From Octopus vulgaris (taxonomy: Eukaryota): a stretch of DNA of 64,000 bases. Position numbers and translations under genes: made by a program. Positions 1-14,084 of this stretch are shown in pieces; the stretch's first letter is position 1, and every line of letters begins with the position of its first letter. The notes beneath the pieces were generated by a model. It was not told the origin of the DNA. It saw nothing but the letters and a program-made list of their open reading frames with translations, and ran no database searches. The stretch lies in NCBI GenBank assembly GCA_951406725.2, contig OX597820.1:128464001-128528000 (forward strand), written 5' to 3'.

Positions 1-1
1 A

Positions 2-87
<86 letters not shown>

Positions 88-89
<2 letters not shown>

Positions 90-1445
90 ACCCAGCATGG
101 TTTTCGACCAGGTAGGAGCTGCCTGACCCAGCTCTTACAACATTATGACTGGGTGTTGAGGCAGTTACTCAACAAATCAAATGTGGACGTAATCTACCTT
201 GATTTTGCAAAAGCTTTTGACAAGGAGGATCATGGTATGATATGCCACAAACTGAGTGACCTCGGCATAGCTGGAAAACTTGGAGTGTGGTTACATGACT
301 TCCTGAAAAATAGGAGTCAGGCAGTAGTGGTTAATGGAGCCACCTCTATGAACACACAAATAGTGAGCTGTGTTCTACAGGGCACTGTCTTGGGACCACT
401 GCTTTTTATAGTGGCCCTCTCAGATATGCCCTCAAATGCCCGAATAGCCACTCTGGCCCGCTATGCAGACAATACGAAAGTCTCGCAGAAAATTCAGAAC
501 CCCAGCGATGTTGCACACCTGCAATAGGAGTTGGACTCAATCTACAGATGGGCTGAGGATAATAATATGCAGTTTAATGCTGAAAATTTCCAGGCCCTGC
601 GCTACCAGCATCCAAAACTGAATATTAAACTTACAGGATACACTGGTCCACAGGGAATTTCAATCCCAGAGCCTAAGTCTGTGAGTGACCTGGGTATCGA
701 CATGAGTGATGATACCTCTTTCCAAGTGCACATTACCAGGATGGCGACAAAGTGCAGACGACTGGCTGGGTGGATCCTAAGAACATTCAGAACCAGAGAT
801 AAGGAAACCATGATGGTCCTCTGGCGGACATTCATCCTCAGCCGCCTGGATTACTGCTAACAGCTGTGGTCACCCACCAGTGTAAAATTAACAGCGGACC
901 TTGAAGCAATCCAGAGAAGATTCACAAAGAAGATTGTCTCTTTGCAACAGCTCAGCTACTGGGAAAGGTTGAAACAGCTAAGACTCTACTCCCTGGAGAG
1001 AAGACAGGAGAGGTATGCAGTAGTATATGTCTGGAAGATCCTGGAAGGAATTGTGCCAAATTTTGGCATTGAAAGCTACACCAATGCTAGAACGGGACGA
1101 CACTGCATAGTGCCAAAGATCCCAGCAATGCCATCACGCTTCAGGACCAGCTTCTGCAACAGCCTGGGTTTCAAGGGCCCACAGCTTTTTAATATTCTCC
1201 CAAAGAGTCTGAGGAACTTGCACAAAGTAGATGTAGCGGTTTTTAAATCAAAGCTGGACATCTTCCTGTCAAGAGTCCCAGATGAACCTACCTCACGGCA
1301 TGAGGTGCAAATGAGAGTAGCTATATCAAACTCCATTCTTCACCAAGTGCCACATATTAGACGAGGTTCTTCGCAATAACAGTGTAGCACAAAACAGCGG
1401 TGCATCAGCATGGCCGCAGCTCTGAGCTGAAACTAGAAAATAAAA
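88..1445 (+). mobile_element. 5'-truncated, degenerate non-LTR retrotransposon (CR1/L2-group-like reverse transcriptase and C-terminal region)
   Basis: ORFs 153-527, 531-860 and 942-1379 are in one frame, broken by stops. They contain RT motifs VDVIYLDFAKAFD, QGTVLGPLLF and YADN (degenerate YADD), plus the CR1-like C-terminus SYWERLKQLRLYSLERR. Flanked by (TA)n on both sides. Confidence 0.9.
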
Positions 1446-1447
1446 AA

Positions 1448-1688
<241 letters not shown>

Positions 1689-3802
1689 ACGACGGGCTTC
1701 TTTCAGTTTCCATCTACCAAATGCGCTCACAAGGCTTTGGTTGGCCCAAGGCTATAGTAAAAGACACTAGTAAGTTTCTTCTTACCATACAGCTACTCCT
1801 GTGCTCTATGTATGACAAATTATTCCCTCATTGGGTACTAGACAACCCAATGTCATAGTAGAAAGCTTCTTCCACAAATTTCCCTGCAATGTAATTGAGC
1901 CCAAATTCACAGGGTAACAAAGTGGAATTCTTCACTAGACAGCCATACATACAACTGCATACTCAATTATTTAAAGTGGTATCTATTTTCTAGTAGATCA
2001 AATTATTTACATGAAATAGTTTCAAAAATTATTCTAGTATTTTTCTTATCATTTTAGCTCTTTCCAGGTATTCTTGTATTCAACCCTTATATCTTCGTCA
2101 TCTGCATTTACTTTTGGTTTATTGGAAGTAATAGCTTTCTTTAATAACAAATTCGCTCACATGATTCAAGATCATAACAGTGAGTAGAACCTTTTTTTAA
2201 TTGTTGTACTGTATCTAATATCATGTTATTCCTTCTACATATAATTCTATTTTATTTCCCTATTTATACTGTTTGATAAGTCAATGAATGTTTCACTACT
2301 GCAATATCACCATACTATGAATTATCTGCCACATTTGAATAATTATATTTGCTATATTTATCATATGACATGATCTGTGGTGGTGGTGGTGGTGACATTT
2401 AAGCCAACTTGGAAGTCTCTGTGTAGTTATTTGACATGTTGGGAACAATAGCAGCTAAGTCTCCCACTAAATATAATGTATGTTTTCTAGAAAAATAAAT
2501 CGATAAATAACACATTGGATAATGTAGTCCTAGATACATTGAAATGACAATATTAGATGGCCATGCCTAGCACAGCTTTGATCATAGGTCCGCTTGATCA
2601 GAACTTTTCTGAGGCTAAATGAAAATAGCATTAAAATTTGAAAATAAAAGAAATTCTTACCTGGCAATTCTAACAATGAGAAATAAATCTCAGTAAAAAT
2701 GAAATGTTCCCTTAACAATTTTTAAAGGTCTTTACTTTGTTTTATTATTTCTCCCTTTTAGACTTGCGAGTTTTTGGCTTGGTGGTTCCTTCAGCCTACT
2801 GGCTATTTACAATAATTTTGGCAATCATTTTAAATCTCATTTTTTCTGCTGAAATGGTATTAATGATTTCATACCGCAAATATTTGGGTAAGTTGTTTTT
2901 TTTTCTTTCAGAAAAATATCAAATAAAAATATTTTCTACAGAAGCTACTTTTGTTCTGTATTTTCCAGCATACAAATTGATGTAGCGTATAGTGTAAACA
3001 CGTAGTGCAAATATTCAAACATTGTCACTATTTTTCCAAATCCTGTTGCATTTTTCATGGAATTTTTGGTCCTCTTAAGTCATTTTGGTGATGGAGTTGA
3101 CCTATATTTTTTACTGTAAATTTTTGTCTCTAAGTTTGACTTGTATGCTGGAAAATATAGTAAGTCACACAACATAGTGCATTGTAAGCTCTACTCACTG
3201 TAAACAAACACACACAACATTCTTCTTAAACTTGTGTTTCTTTAGTCACTAGTTACAGAAAATTTCTGACAAGAATTGTGATGACAACACTCGTACTGTG
3301 ATGACAACACTCGTACTGTGATCCCTCTTCTGTGACTATGTAGAGTCCAAATCATGTTCAACTCAAATAAACCCTTGGTTATTTTATGATCAAAAGTATT
3401 TTAGCATTTGTGGTATATGCAGGAGATTTGAAATAAGGACACCTACCTTCTCTTCATCGATGGAGACCTCTGAGGTGGTAATGCACCCTTCCGCGCAGCC
3501 CGACCCGAGCACTAGAAATAGCAGCTGCTTTTCTCCTACCTTAACAACGGGCTCACACGTCCGACTCACTCAGCTACCTCAATCGGAAAAAGGCCCAATG
3601 CTGCCCTGCCTGCGCATGCATCACTCCTGCCCCTTCCTCTTCCGGTCAGCTCCCCAGTTATCCCACAGCATTCTAAATGATAAGCTAGCAATATTGATAT
3701 CAATCACATTGATCCTGTTGTCAAGTGTACATGATTTGTGGTATCCATTTACATCTTGGTGGCAAAAAAGTATAGCAAGACACTTTATGCTGTGGATGCT
3801 AT

Positions 3803-4395
3803 AGGTGCAGGCTTAGCTGTGTTGTTTTAGTAGCTTGCTTCCCAGCTACATGGTATCTGGTTTAGGCACACTGCTTAGGCACATTGTACATTGGGCAAGT
3901 GTCTTCAACTTTGGTCCTGGATTAACCAAAGCACTGTGAATGGATTTGGTAGAGGAAAACTAGAAAAAGCCCATCATATGTGTGTGTGTGTGTGTGTGTG
4001 TATGATAAGAAGCTTGCTTCCCAGCCACATTGTCCTGGATTCAGTTCCACTGCATGGCACCTTGGGCAAGTGTCTTCTACTATAGCCTCAGGCTAACCAA
4101 AGCCTTGTGAGTTGATTTGATAGATAGAAACTGAACAGAAGCCCACCGTATATATGTGTGTGTTTGTGTGTGTGTGTCTTAGCATCTGTGTTTATCCCCT
4201 TACCATAGCTTGACAACTGGTGCTGGTGTGTTTACATCCCCATAACTTAGCAGTTCAGCAAGAGACTGATAGAATAAGTACTAACCTTACAAAGAATTAG
4301 TCCTGGGAATGATTTCTTCAACTAAAAGTCTTAAAGGCAGTGCTCCAGCATAGCCGCAGTCAAATGACTGAAACGAGTAAAAGAATAAAAGAATA
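3803..4395 (+). mobile_element. tRNA-derived SINE (family 1), tandem/partial copies
   Basis: Matches the recurrent unit ggctgtgtggtaag...gttcagtcccactgcgtggcaccttgggcaagtgtcttctactatagcc...ctccagcatggccgcagtcaaatgactgaaac seen many times in the window. Confidence 0.75.
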
Positions 4396-4620
4396 TATAT
4401 ATAAAACAATAACAGAATATAGATATATATAGATATAATATGGGTGGTTAATTTGCATTTTTATAACCTAAAGGCAGAAATGCATACATCACTAAAGTGA
4501 ACAAGGGCACTAATCAGTACCAGTATTGCTAGAAATAAGAGTCAAAACAACTCAATAGCCAACAAGAACACAATCTTAATTAACCTACAAAGGAGACTAG
4601 CCCCTCATGGTCGCAAATAT

Positions 4621-4682
4621 AGCCAGATCGTCAATGATTTCGCATTTTGATGCATAATATATCTTAACACTCATCAGTGACT
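4621..4682 (-). ncRNA. Candidate minimal type I hammerhead ribozyme (Penelope-like context)
   Basis: Minus strand reads AGUCA-CUGAUGA-G...C-GAAA-UC-auugac-GA-UC-UGGCU: complete core, 5-bp stem I, 3-bp stem III and an AUC cleavage triplet. Stem II is weak. Confidence 0.5.
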
Positions 4683-5841
4683 CTCACCGTGCCTAGGGTT
4701 AAACTCATCTCACCTTGTCAGCTTATAAGATTTCTGATTGACAAATGAAAGAAAAAGGCACTCAATACATTTAGTAGGGATTACATGTACTATTTAAAAC
4801 AGTTTGATTTGGCTCCCTACAAGCCTCTAATACAAACCCACCTCTTTCGGTCTTTGGTTATTGGTAATCTCAGGCTGAAAGAGATGGGTTTCTTTTAGAG
4901 ATCTGCAAAACTTTGAGTTGCATGGAGCCAAATCAATCGGTTTTAAATAATGTGTGTGTGTGAGCATATGTGTATATACACATATGTATGTATGTGTGTA
5001 TGTATGTATGTATGTATGTATGTATGTATGTATGTATGTATGCTTGTCTATATGCTTGTCTATATGTACTAATGAGTGTGTGTGTGTTTGTATCTCCTTG
5101 TCTTGACACTGTCTGATAGTTGTAAATGAGTGTCACTGTCATACAGTCATTCATTTCCAATATATGTCAAAAATATGTCAGGTCATAGGGAAATAATATC
5201 AAACTTTAAGGGTTCGTGACAGGAAGGCATCTAACCATAGAAAATCTGGTCCAGTAAATCCCACCAGACCCATGCAAGCATGAAAATGTGGATGACAACT
5301 ATGCTGTCCTAGTGATTGAATGCAAGACCTGAGCCTAATCCCCTTAGTCAGCGTATTTTGTAAAGAATTAACAGCTTTAAATGTCATTAAATAAATTAAT
5401 CTTATTCTCCTTTCTATGATCTTTAGATTACAAAAGGAAGAAGAGAAAGAAGAAAGTTGAAATGTCTGATTATGATTAATTAATCATATGAAGAAACCAA
5501 ATTTTTCCTTAAATATCATTTTCAAGACAAAAAAGTCACAAAAAAACCCCCAGAAAAGTGATGTTTCACTAGAAAAAAAAAAGAAAAAAACCCAGAAAAA
5601 ACAACAAAAAGGAATAGTAATTATATTATAGTTGCAATATATCCCCTGTCCCCCTTTTTCATCTTGCATAATATGACCCATTGTTTATATAGAACCTTAC
5701 AACTTGTATTCATTACGTTGAAGTACAATTCTTTTTTGTTTGTGTACATAATTTTCCGCTGAAGTTGTTCGTTCTTAAATAAAATTTCCTTTTCAAAGTT
5801 TTGTTCTTATGACTTCAGCTAGGTGTATCAGTGTAGTAAGA

Positions 5842-6076
5842 AGGCGACGAGCTGGCAGAGAAATGTTAGCACGCCGGGCGAAATGCTTTGTAGTATTTCG
5901 TCTGCAGCTGCGTTCCGAGTTAAAATTTCGCCGAGATCGACTTCGCCTTTCATCCTTTCGGGGTCGATAAATTAAGTACCAGTCACGCACTGGGATCGAT
6001 GTAATCAACTTAATCCGTTTGTCTGTCTTTGTTTGTCACCTCTATGTTTAGCCCCTTGTGGGCAATAAAGAAATAA
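5842..6076 (+). mobile_element. tRNA-derived SINE (family 2)
   Basis: ggcgacgagctggcagagaaatgttagcacgccgggcgaaatg...ctttcggggtcgataaattaagtaccag. Other copies at ~8845-9025(-), 46090-46250(-), 54774-55185 (dimer) and 56009-56240. Confidence 0.8.
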
Positions 6077-6885
6077 GAAGTTTGCTTCCAAATCACATTG
6101 TTTTGGGTTCGGTCTCACAGCATCCAACCCTGGACAAGCGTCTTCTGCTATTGCACCAAGCCGAACAAAGCATTGAGCGATAGACAGAAACTGAAGGAAG
6201 CCATCGTGTATGCGTGTGTGATTGTGTGTGCGAGTGTGATAACTGAGAGACCAGTTCTCTTCGATGGGAGCTTGCAAGTGACCACGTTATTACGGTAAAA
6301 CATATAACCCAAGAAAATAAGGAAACATATATTTCTCAAAAGGTTTCTGGATAAATTAAATTATTAAACTGTTAAATGAAACATTTGGCATGAAAAGTAG
6401 ACAAAAAGTCAGATAACGTTAAAGATTTATTTTATTTTTTATTAATTTAAATAATCGTTAGTACGCCAGGGGAAATGATTAGTGGCATTTCGTCCGTCTT
6501 TACATTCTGCCGAGGTCAACTTTGCCTTTCATCCTTTCGGGGTCGATAAAATAAGTATCAGTTGAGCAATGGGAAGGTGGGGTCAATGTAATCGACTTAC
6601 CTCCTCCCACCGAAACTGCTGGCCTTGTGCCAAAATTCGAAACTAATATTTCTCTTAGGAAATGATATCGTTTGTAAGCAGAAGACGAAATAGCTCTATG
6701 TTAACGGAAATATTAATACGACCACTCATGTTTCGACTCTCCACTTAGAATTCTGTGCCGAAGAAATTTTACGAAGTTCGTGCTGAGAAGCAGAAGATTG
6801 TTGCTGATTATTTCGCATTTTTTCAAGATATATATCTTCGTTATTAACGATCGAAGCAGTATTGGTTCAGAATAGTATTGTATAT

Positions 6886-7897
6886 AGGGGAAGGGGACAA
6901 AATTGGTAACTTAGGCAAAATGAGTAATTTCTGATTTATTATTTTTCCCTGCCTGTTTGAAACCATTACATTACAAGTACTGCATCATCATTGGGAATAA
7001 GAATCGGTCACCATAGTTATTGTTGTTGAATTTGAGAGAGTTTGAAACATAGTCAGGAGACTGGTACTTTTTTTTTTCAAGAAAATTTTCCATCAACTTT
7101 GACCCAGTTGTAATTGAGGTTGCTAATAAAATATCTGGATAATTTTTGATGTTTAACAATCTATATTCTTTTCTTTGCTGGATTCCAAGTCAATTTTTTC
7201 CAACACTAATGTCTAATTTGATAATTTCCAATTTTCAAAAAACAACAAAATGGGACAAAATGAGAAATCACTAATTTCAATAAATGGTATTTAACTGCAT
7301 GGTGCATAAATATATCGAGGAGTCACTCCATCAGATCATGAAGAACTTATATAGAATATATGTTATGTTGAGTTTTTGAATTTAGTCGAGTTGCTTTAAT
7401 ATCATATCGTGTACCATTTTTTCATGATCCAATTTCATTTGACCTAGATATTTGAAATTTTTGTTGCATTTCTAATGTTTGTGATGTCTAGGGTTGGATA
7501 TTATGGGTATGAGTTTTTTTGGGGTTTTTTTAATATAATTCTGGAGAATAGAAGCAACAAATTTTTCTTATTTTGTCTTGTTCATTTTGCCCCAGCTAAA
7601 TTTGTCTTTGAGAATGGAAGTAGTTTTGTCAAAGAGAATGGAAATAGTTTTCTGAAGAAGTGTTCTGAAAATTTCATAGTGTTTTTAACCCATATATGCC
7701 CATAAAAAAAAATGAAGTCTTAGGAATTGGTTATATATTAATGCTTGCGAAAATGCAACCAGGGGTACATAAAAGTTCCAATGCATATAGAGGTCATTTG
7801 CTTAGTTAATGTAGTTTTTGTAAGGTAGTGAACATTTGTAAAAATATTTTTTCTCAAATTCAAAAAATACAATAAATCATACTCATTGTGCTCCCCA
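6886..7897. mobile_element. Non-autonomous DNA-transposon-like repeat
   Basis: Homologous to an interrupted second copy at ~14848-16378 (ggggaatggggcaaaatgagtaatt..., ggattccaagtcaatt). Imperfect terminal inverted match ...caaaatgagta / tactcattgtgc. Confidence 0.5.
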
Positions 7898-10800
7898 CCC
7901 ACACACACACCATCTTACTTAATTTGTATAAACTGTAGAAAACCATAAAAGTACAGACTTCATGATCAGAAAGCTTTTTGTATAAATATATAGTGCTAAA
8001 AAGCAGAGAAGTGCTTCAGTTGCAGAGGAAAAACATTCAGTAGCAAAATATGAATTGCTAAATCTGGATTTCTGTATCTTTGCACATCATCAATAGCAAG
8101 GATCCAATATCAATGACATGCTTAGACAAATTTTACCTCTGCTGATATAGAAAAGATATAGAAAAGACAGTGACTAACGAATCTGTAGGGACACAACTGG
8201 TGGGCTAGAAAAAATTCACTCTGCAATGTAGCTCCATTTAACTATGTTCTCCAAGTAGAAGATGCCAGAGGAAAATTTTCGAAATCATTAATTTTAATTG
8301 CTTAATCAGTGATTTTTTTTTAACATGAAGTTTACATATTCTCTCAATCAGTCTAAGATATGGTAAGCTACATTGTGTAGGTGTAATAAAACTGGAAAGT
8401 GTCCAGAATTGTTGCTGTATTCACCAAAGATCAGATTCATTCAAAATTTGATTGATTTGAATACTAGAGTCATCTCCATTGTCTTTTGTGAGAAGTACTA
8501 TTATTAACACTAATGAAGTTTTCATTAAGAATGTAATTTGGTTAAACATTATTATTCGTATTCTTATTATTGGATCACTATATAAAACTCAGATATGAAC
8601 AAATGATTGAACTGCAATATCCTGATGCCTGTGCTCTGGTAGATGACACTATGGAGACCTGCAAGCTAAATTCTCAGCTAAGATCCCCATTTTCTCAGTA
8701 AAACAACAAGCTACAGTTTCCCAATTCAGATACTTGTTATCATCAATTCCAGAAACTGCATTCTGAACTAAGATTTTCAAAATTGCTTTACACAAACTCC
8801 TGCAGTCTTTAGAAGGTTCAGATATGTTTATAAATAATACCTATTTCTTTAGTACCCACAAGGGGATGAACAAGGACAGACAAACGGATTAAGTCGATTA
8901 TATCGACTCCAGTGCGTAACTGGTACTTAATTTATCGACACCGAAAGGATGAAAGGCAAAGTCAACCTCATCGGAATTTGAACTCAGAACGTAACGGCAG
9001 ACTAAATACAGCTACGCATTTCGCCCAGACCAAGCGTTGTGTGTGTTTATTGAGCGAAAACACCTAAAGCTCCACGAGGCTCCGGCAGGGGGGTGGGGTG
9101 GCGACCCCTGTTGTACTCTTTCGCCCCAACTTTCTCTCACTCTTTCTTCCTGTTTCTTATCCTCGACTTCCTACACAACCACTGAGCCTGGATGCACATT
9201 CATCCATCCATCGGTGCTCTCGGTGTTGGGGGTTGACCTGCTTTCTCTTCTGCGGGTCTTATGAATAGCAAAAGGACTTCTCCCAGTGCAAGCTCTGGGA
9301 CGAAGACTGCTTTGCTCAACAAACAAACAAATAATCAGCAGCAGCACTGGATCTAATCTATATAGACATCAACTGAGATAGCTTGCACATGTCTGACTCA
9401 TGTTTCCTCTATAGAATCCTCCATAATCAGCTACATTACAGAAGCTGGTCATAGAGGATTCTACAGCTGGAAAACCAAAAACCAGTTAAAGAACACTTTA
9501 ACTGGTCATTAGTGAAGGACATTGCTGCTTGCTATTCACTTTGGTATTGTTAGTGTTGACAGGAAATTAGGTATGGTGGGGAAATGCACTCAACACTATG
9601 GGCAAAATCTACACAAAAAGATAGAAATACAGTATTGCTTCTGACCTATCCAACCAAATATTCAAATGTTCCATCAACAGCAGACACTATACATCAAGGA
9701 ATCAAAGGATTCACAAATGAAGGAAAAGATGGTTACCATTAGATTTGATGGGCAACTATAAGCATGTAAAGGAGAATGTGTAAATCTAATAAATTACGAT
9801 AAACTGTCACAGTATAATGTATGTGTGAAGGCGCATGGCTCAGTGGTTAGAGCATCGAGCTTACGATCATGAGGTTGTAAGCTCAAATCCCGGACCGGGC
9901 TGCGTGTTGTGTTCTTGAGCAAGACACTTTATTTCACGTTGCTCCAGTTCACTCAGCTGTAGAAATGAGTTGCGACATCACAGGTGCCAAGCTGTATCAG
10001 CCCTTTTGCCTTTCCCTTGGATAACACTGGTGGCATGGAGAGGGGAGGCCGGTATGCATGGGCGACTGCTGGTCTTCCATAAACAACCATGCCCGGACTT
10101 GTGCCTGGGAGGGTAACATTCTAGGTGCAATCCCATGGTCTGTGTCGTGACCGAAGGGGGTCTCAGAAATAATGTATGTAGTGACAATTCAACTACACAT
10201 GTAGTTGAATTGCTTCAATATAAGTGAATTAAGAATGACAGAAGTAAAGAAATACTAATCATTTATTGTTTGCCATTATTGATGTTTGTGGGAAACATAT
10301 AGTGGCCCATGTTTTGTAGTCAACATGCTATCACTTCCATAACTACAAATTTCACATCATAAGCTTTTTACAAGTGCCTAGTTCTTTTGAATCATCATAC
10401 CGCGATCTTCACAGATCATGATATACATTTTCACAATGTGGCTGATTATCATGGAAGATCATGCAGATTTCAAATCTTCATGTGGCATACAGCTCAATCA
10501 ATCCTTCACATAGGTCTGTTGGAACATTTGAAAAATTCCTGCCAGTTTAAAATGGAGTTTCACATAAATGCATTGTTCTTCTGAACCATTTATTGTTCAA
10601 CATGTGACAAATAACCAATGCACTAGACATATATTCAATCTAGAATGTGTTGATCAATGGGTGATAAGGCATGATATGGCTATTAGATTTAAGGCCAAGG
10701 GCATCTGTATACTGCCCTGTAGTTGTGAGCACACAGTATCGGCTGTTGTTGCATTACTTCAAAATGTATCTGGTCAATTCACTTATTATGTAACATTGGA

Positions 10801-11924
10801 AATGTTCATGTTTTACATTTCAATATATAAAAACATCGCCCTTTTCAAGCCTAGCCAGGCTCATGGGCCCAGTTTCCTGGTTTCTGTGGCGTATATGTTC
10901 CCCCCAGCTGGATGAGATGCCAGGCCATCACAGCGTTACTCAAGAAACAGGAAGAGAGATTGAGAGAAAGTTGTGGCGAAAGAGTACAACAAGGGTCGCC
11001 ACCACCCCCTGCCAGAGACTCATGGAGCTTTTAGATGTTTTCCCTCAATAAACACACACAACGCCCAGTCTGGGAATCAAAACTGCGATCCTCCGACCAT
11101 GAGTCTGCTGCTCTAACCACTGGGCCATTGCGCCTCCACACATTTCAATATATAGCAAAACAAATGAATAATCATAATAAATATCTAAAATTCAATTTTT
11201 TAAGACTCACATGTGATAACCAAACCTTTCATGTAGTATACCTTGCTGCAGTATGTTATTATAATCATTTATGTATTAGTAGTTACAACCAATAAGGCAG
11301 CAAGTTACTATCATTGAAATGTGGTTTCATATAAGTAAGTTGAACAGAATGGAAAATCTGGTCTTAAGAATTTCAACTATTCTGTTATCCTTTTACTTGT
11401 TACAGTTATTTGACTGGCCATGCTGGAGCACCACCTGGAGGGATTTTTTGCAGTCAAACAAATCAACCCCTTGACTTATTTTTTAAGCCAAGTACTTACT
11501 CCATTGGTCTCTTATGCTGAACCACTAAGTTACAGGGATGTAAACACACTAGCTCCAGTTGTCAAGCAGTGATAGGGGGACAAACAAACACACACGCACA
11601 CAAACACACACATACAACAGGCCTCTTTCAGCTTCCATCTACCAAATCCATTCAGAAAGCTTTGATTGGCCTGTGGCTATAGTAGAAGACACTGGCCTAA
11701 GGTGTCACGCAGTGAAAGTGAACCTGGAACCATCTGATTGGGAAGCAATCTTCTTGCCACTCAGCCACACTTGAGATATTTCACTGTTGACTGTCATCTT
11801 CTGAGTTCAAATCTGTGTATGGTCAATTTTGCCTTCAATCTTTCCAAGTTGGTTAAAATAAGTAGCAGGTGAGTACTGGAGTCTTTCAAATAAAAAATGC
11901 CCATTTTACTCTATTATTTTGTGA

Positions 11925-12435
11925 TTGTGACCCCCTTCGGTCATGAATGACCATGGGATTGCACCTTGAAAGTTACCCTCCGAGGCACAAGTCTGGGCAA
12001 GGTTGTTTATGGAAGACCAGCAGTCACCCATGCATACTGGCCTCCCCTCTCCGTGCCACCAGTGTTGTCCAAGGGAAAGGCAAAGGCCGATACAGCTTGG
12101 CACCAGTGACGTCGCAGCTCATTTATTAACGTGCAAGTGGCTGAGCACTCCACAGTCACGTGTACCCTTAACGTAGTTCTCGGAGATTCAGCGTGACTCA
12201 GAGTGTGACAATGCTGGCCCTTTGAAATACAGGTACAACAGAAACAGGAAGAAAGAGTGAGAGAAAGTTGTGGTGAAAGAGTACAGCAGGGTTCACCACC
12301 ACCCCCTGCCGGAGCCTCGTGGAGCTTTAGGTGTTTTCGCTCAATAAACACTCACAATGCCTGGTCTGGGAATCAAAACCGCGATCCTACAACCACGAGT
12401 CCACTGCCCTAACCACTGGGCCATTGCACCTCCAC
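11925..12435 (-). mobile_element. tRNA-derived SINE (family 3)
   Basis: Reverse complement of ggaggcgcaatggctcagtggttagg...ggtttcgattcccagac (A/B-box-like head). Other copies at 21220-21592(+), 10850-11140(-), 9035-9330(+) and a related one at 9828-10165(+). Confidence 0.8.
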
Positions 12436-13682
12436 TCTATTATATAAGAAGTCAGTTATATACAGATATAGGTTCATCAGCTTTCTAAATTATTATTCAT
12501 TCAAGATGTTTATAACTTAAAGATTGAAGTTGTTCTTGAAATTAGTTCTTGAACATAAACATGCTAATCTCATCCTGAAATGAAGAGACTGAATAATTTT
12601 GCAGCAATAATTTTGAATATTTATAACTAGCACTATGACCAGGCGTTGCTGGGTCATAGTGCTAGTGCATGCATATACAGCTGCGTGCGTGCGCACATAC
12701 ACGCGAGTACTGTCCAAATCTCTGTCCAATCACATACAGCTCGCTGGCATCCAATTGGCGTATCAAGTTTCGGGCATTTTGATTGGGTTTTGGACAGAAA
12801 ATTCACAAAAAAGTCACATCTATTGATTTTTTAATGGCTTTGTGGGGTGACTGGGGACATGTAAAGATGTGCACGTGCACGACCACCCTTGGACGGTTTT
12901 GAATGACCATACAAAGTGCGAGCTCTCTAACTGAAAAATTGTAGATTTGTATAAAGGACATGCACACACACACAGACACAGACATTTTGCCATTTATATG
13001 TATAGAGATGAAGAGCAGTGCAGGTTAGGTTGAACAGCAATCTCTACAATATTTTGAATGGCGAGTATATCAGTTCAAGGAATTTATGCTTTGGAATGCT
13101 AATGTTACCAGATATTTGTTGATTTTGACAGTCTATGCAACGGCAAAATGTTTTTAACTCATGATTGCTGATACAGAATTCAGTTAAACTTTGAAGAAAA
13201 GAAAATACTTCCGTTAAGCTTTTTGTTTTCCAAGTAAAATTTGTTTAGTATATAAACCCTCAGGAAATTGAAGTAGCTCATTTGCTCAACATCTGATACT
13301 CCTGAATCGGGTTATACTTTTCTCTCAGATTTCTGAAGAAATAAAAATCATCTCTGATATCATTTATATATTCTCTGAGCTCACACATAAATAATCTTAC
13401 ATGTTAACTCATTTTGAAAGTTGTGACTTTATCTTATGAGAGTATGATTAAAAATGAAAGTAGGATAATGTAGGAGAGATAATTGGACCTTGGGGGTCAT
13501 CACTGTTGTTAGAGCAAGGAACAACCTAAAAGGAACATTTCATTTTAAGTGAAAATAAGGCAACCATATGATACTTATAATTGAAGGGTTTCCATATATA
13601 AACCACAACAGCATTCCTACCTAAAGCCAAGATATTGAGTTAGGCTTAACAGTGAAGTACAAATAAAAATATAATAATTTTA

Positions 13683-13969
13683 TTAAACTTTATACAAGTG
13701 TCTGAGAGAATAAATTAGGGCAGCAAATTTATCATTATTCTTAAAGTGAGATCTCCACATGAATTCTGTTAATAAAGACTGAAATAAAAATGTCCTTCGC
13801 TTTCGTTGACAATGTATTTTTACTCTCTGCCACATTCTGTCTATATTTCTGATGTGGATTTCTGTATCTTCTGGCTCATTGTAATCTACATATTCATGAG
13901 TATATATACCTTGTTGGATCTGGTCAATTTGAAGATATTCAGCCCATATATCAGATACAATATGGGTAC
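13683..13969 (-). CDS. Gene A exon 2: C-terminal part of Merlin/IS1595-like transposase-derived protein
   Basis: Acceptor ttttcttctag|GT ACC CAT. Translates (G)THIVSDIWAEYLQIDQIQQGIYTHEYVDYNEPEDTEIHIRNIDRMWQRVKIHCQRKRRTFLFQSLLTEFMWRSHFKNNDKFAALIYSLRHLYKV*. 287 nt, in frame with exon 1. Absent from the ORF track. Confidence 0.88.
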
Positions 13970-14084
13970 CTAGAAGAAAAAGAACTACAATGAATCTTTA
14001 TTATTTATGAGATACGAGAGATTGCAACATTCATACATTTACCGAAAGTACAAAAATTGAAAACTATTCTGATAGAGAATCAAA

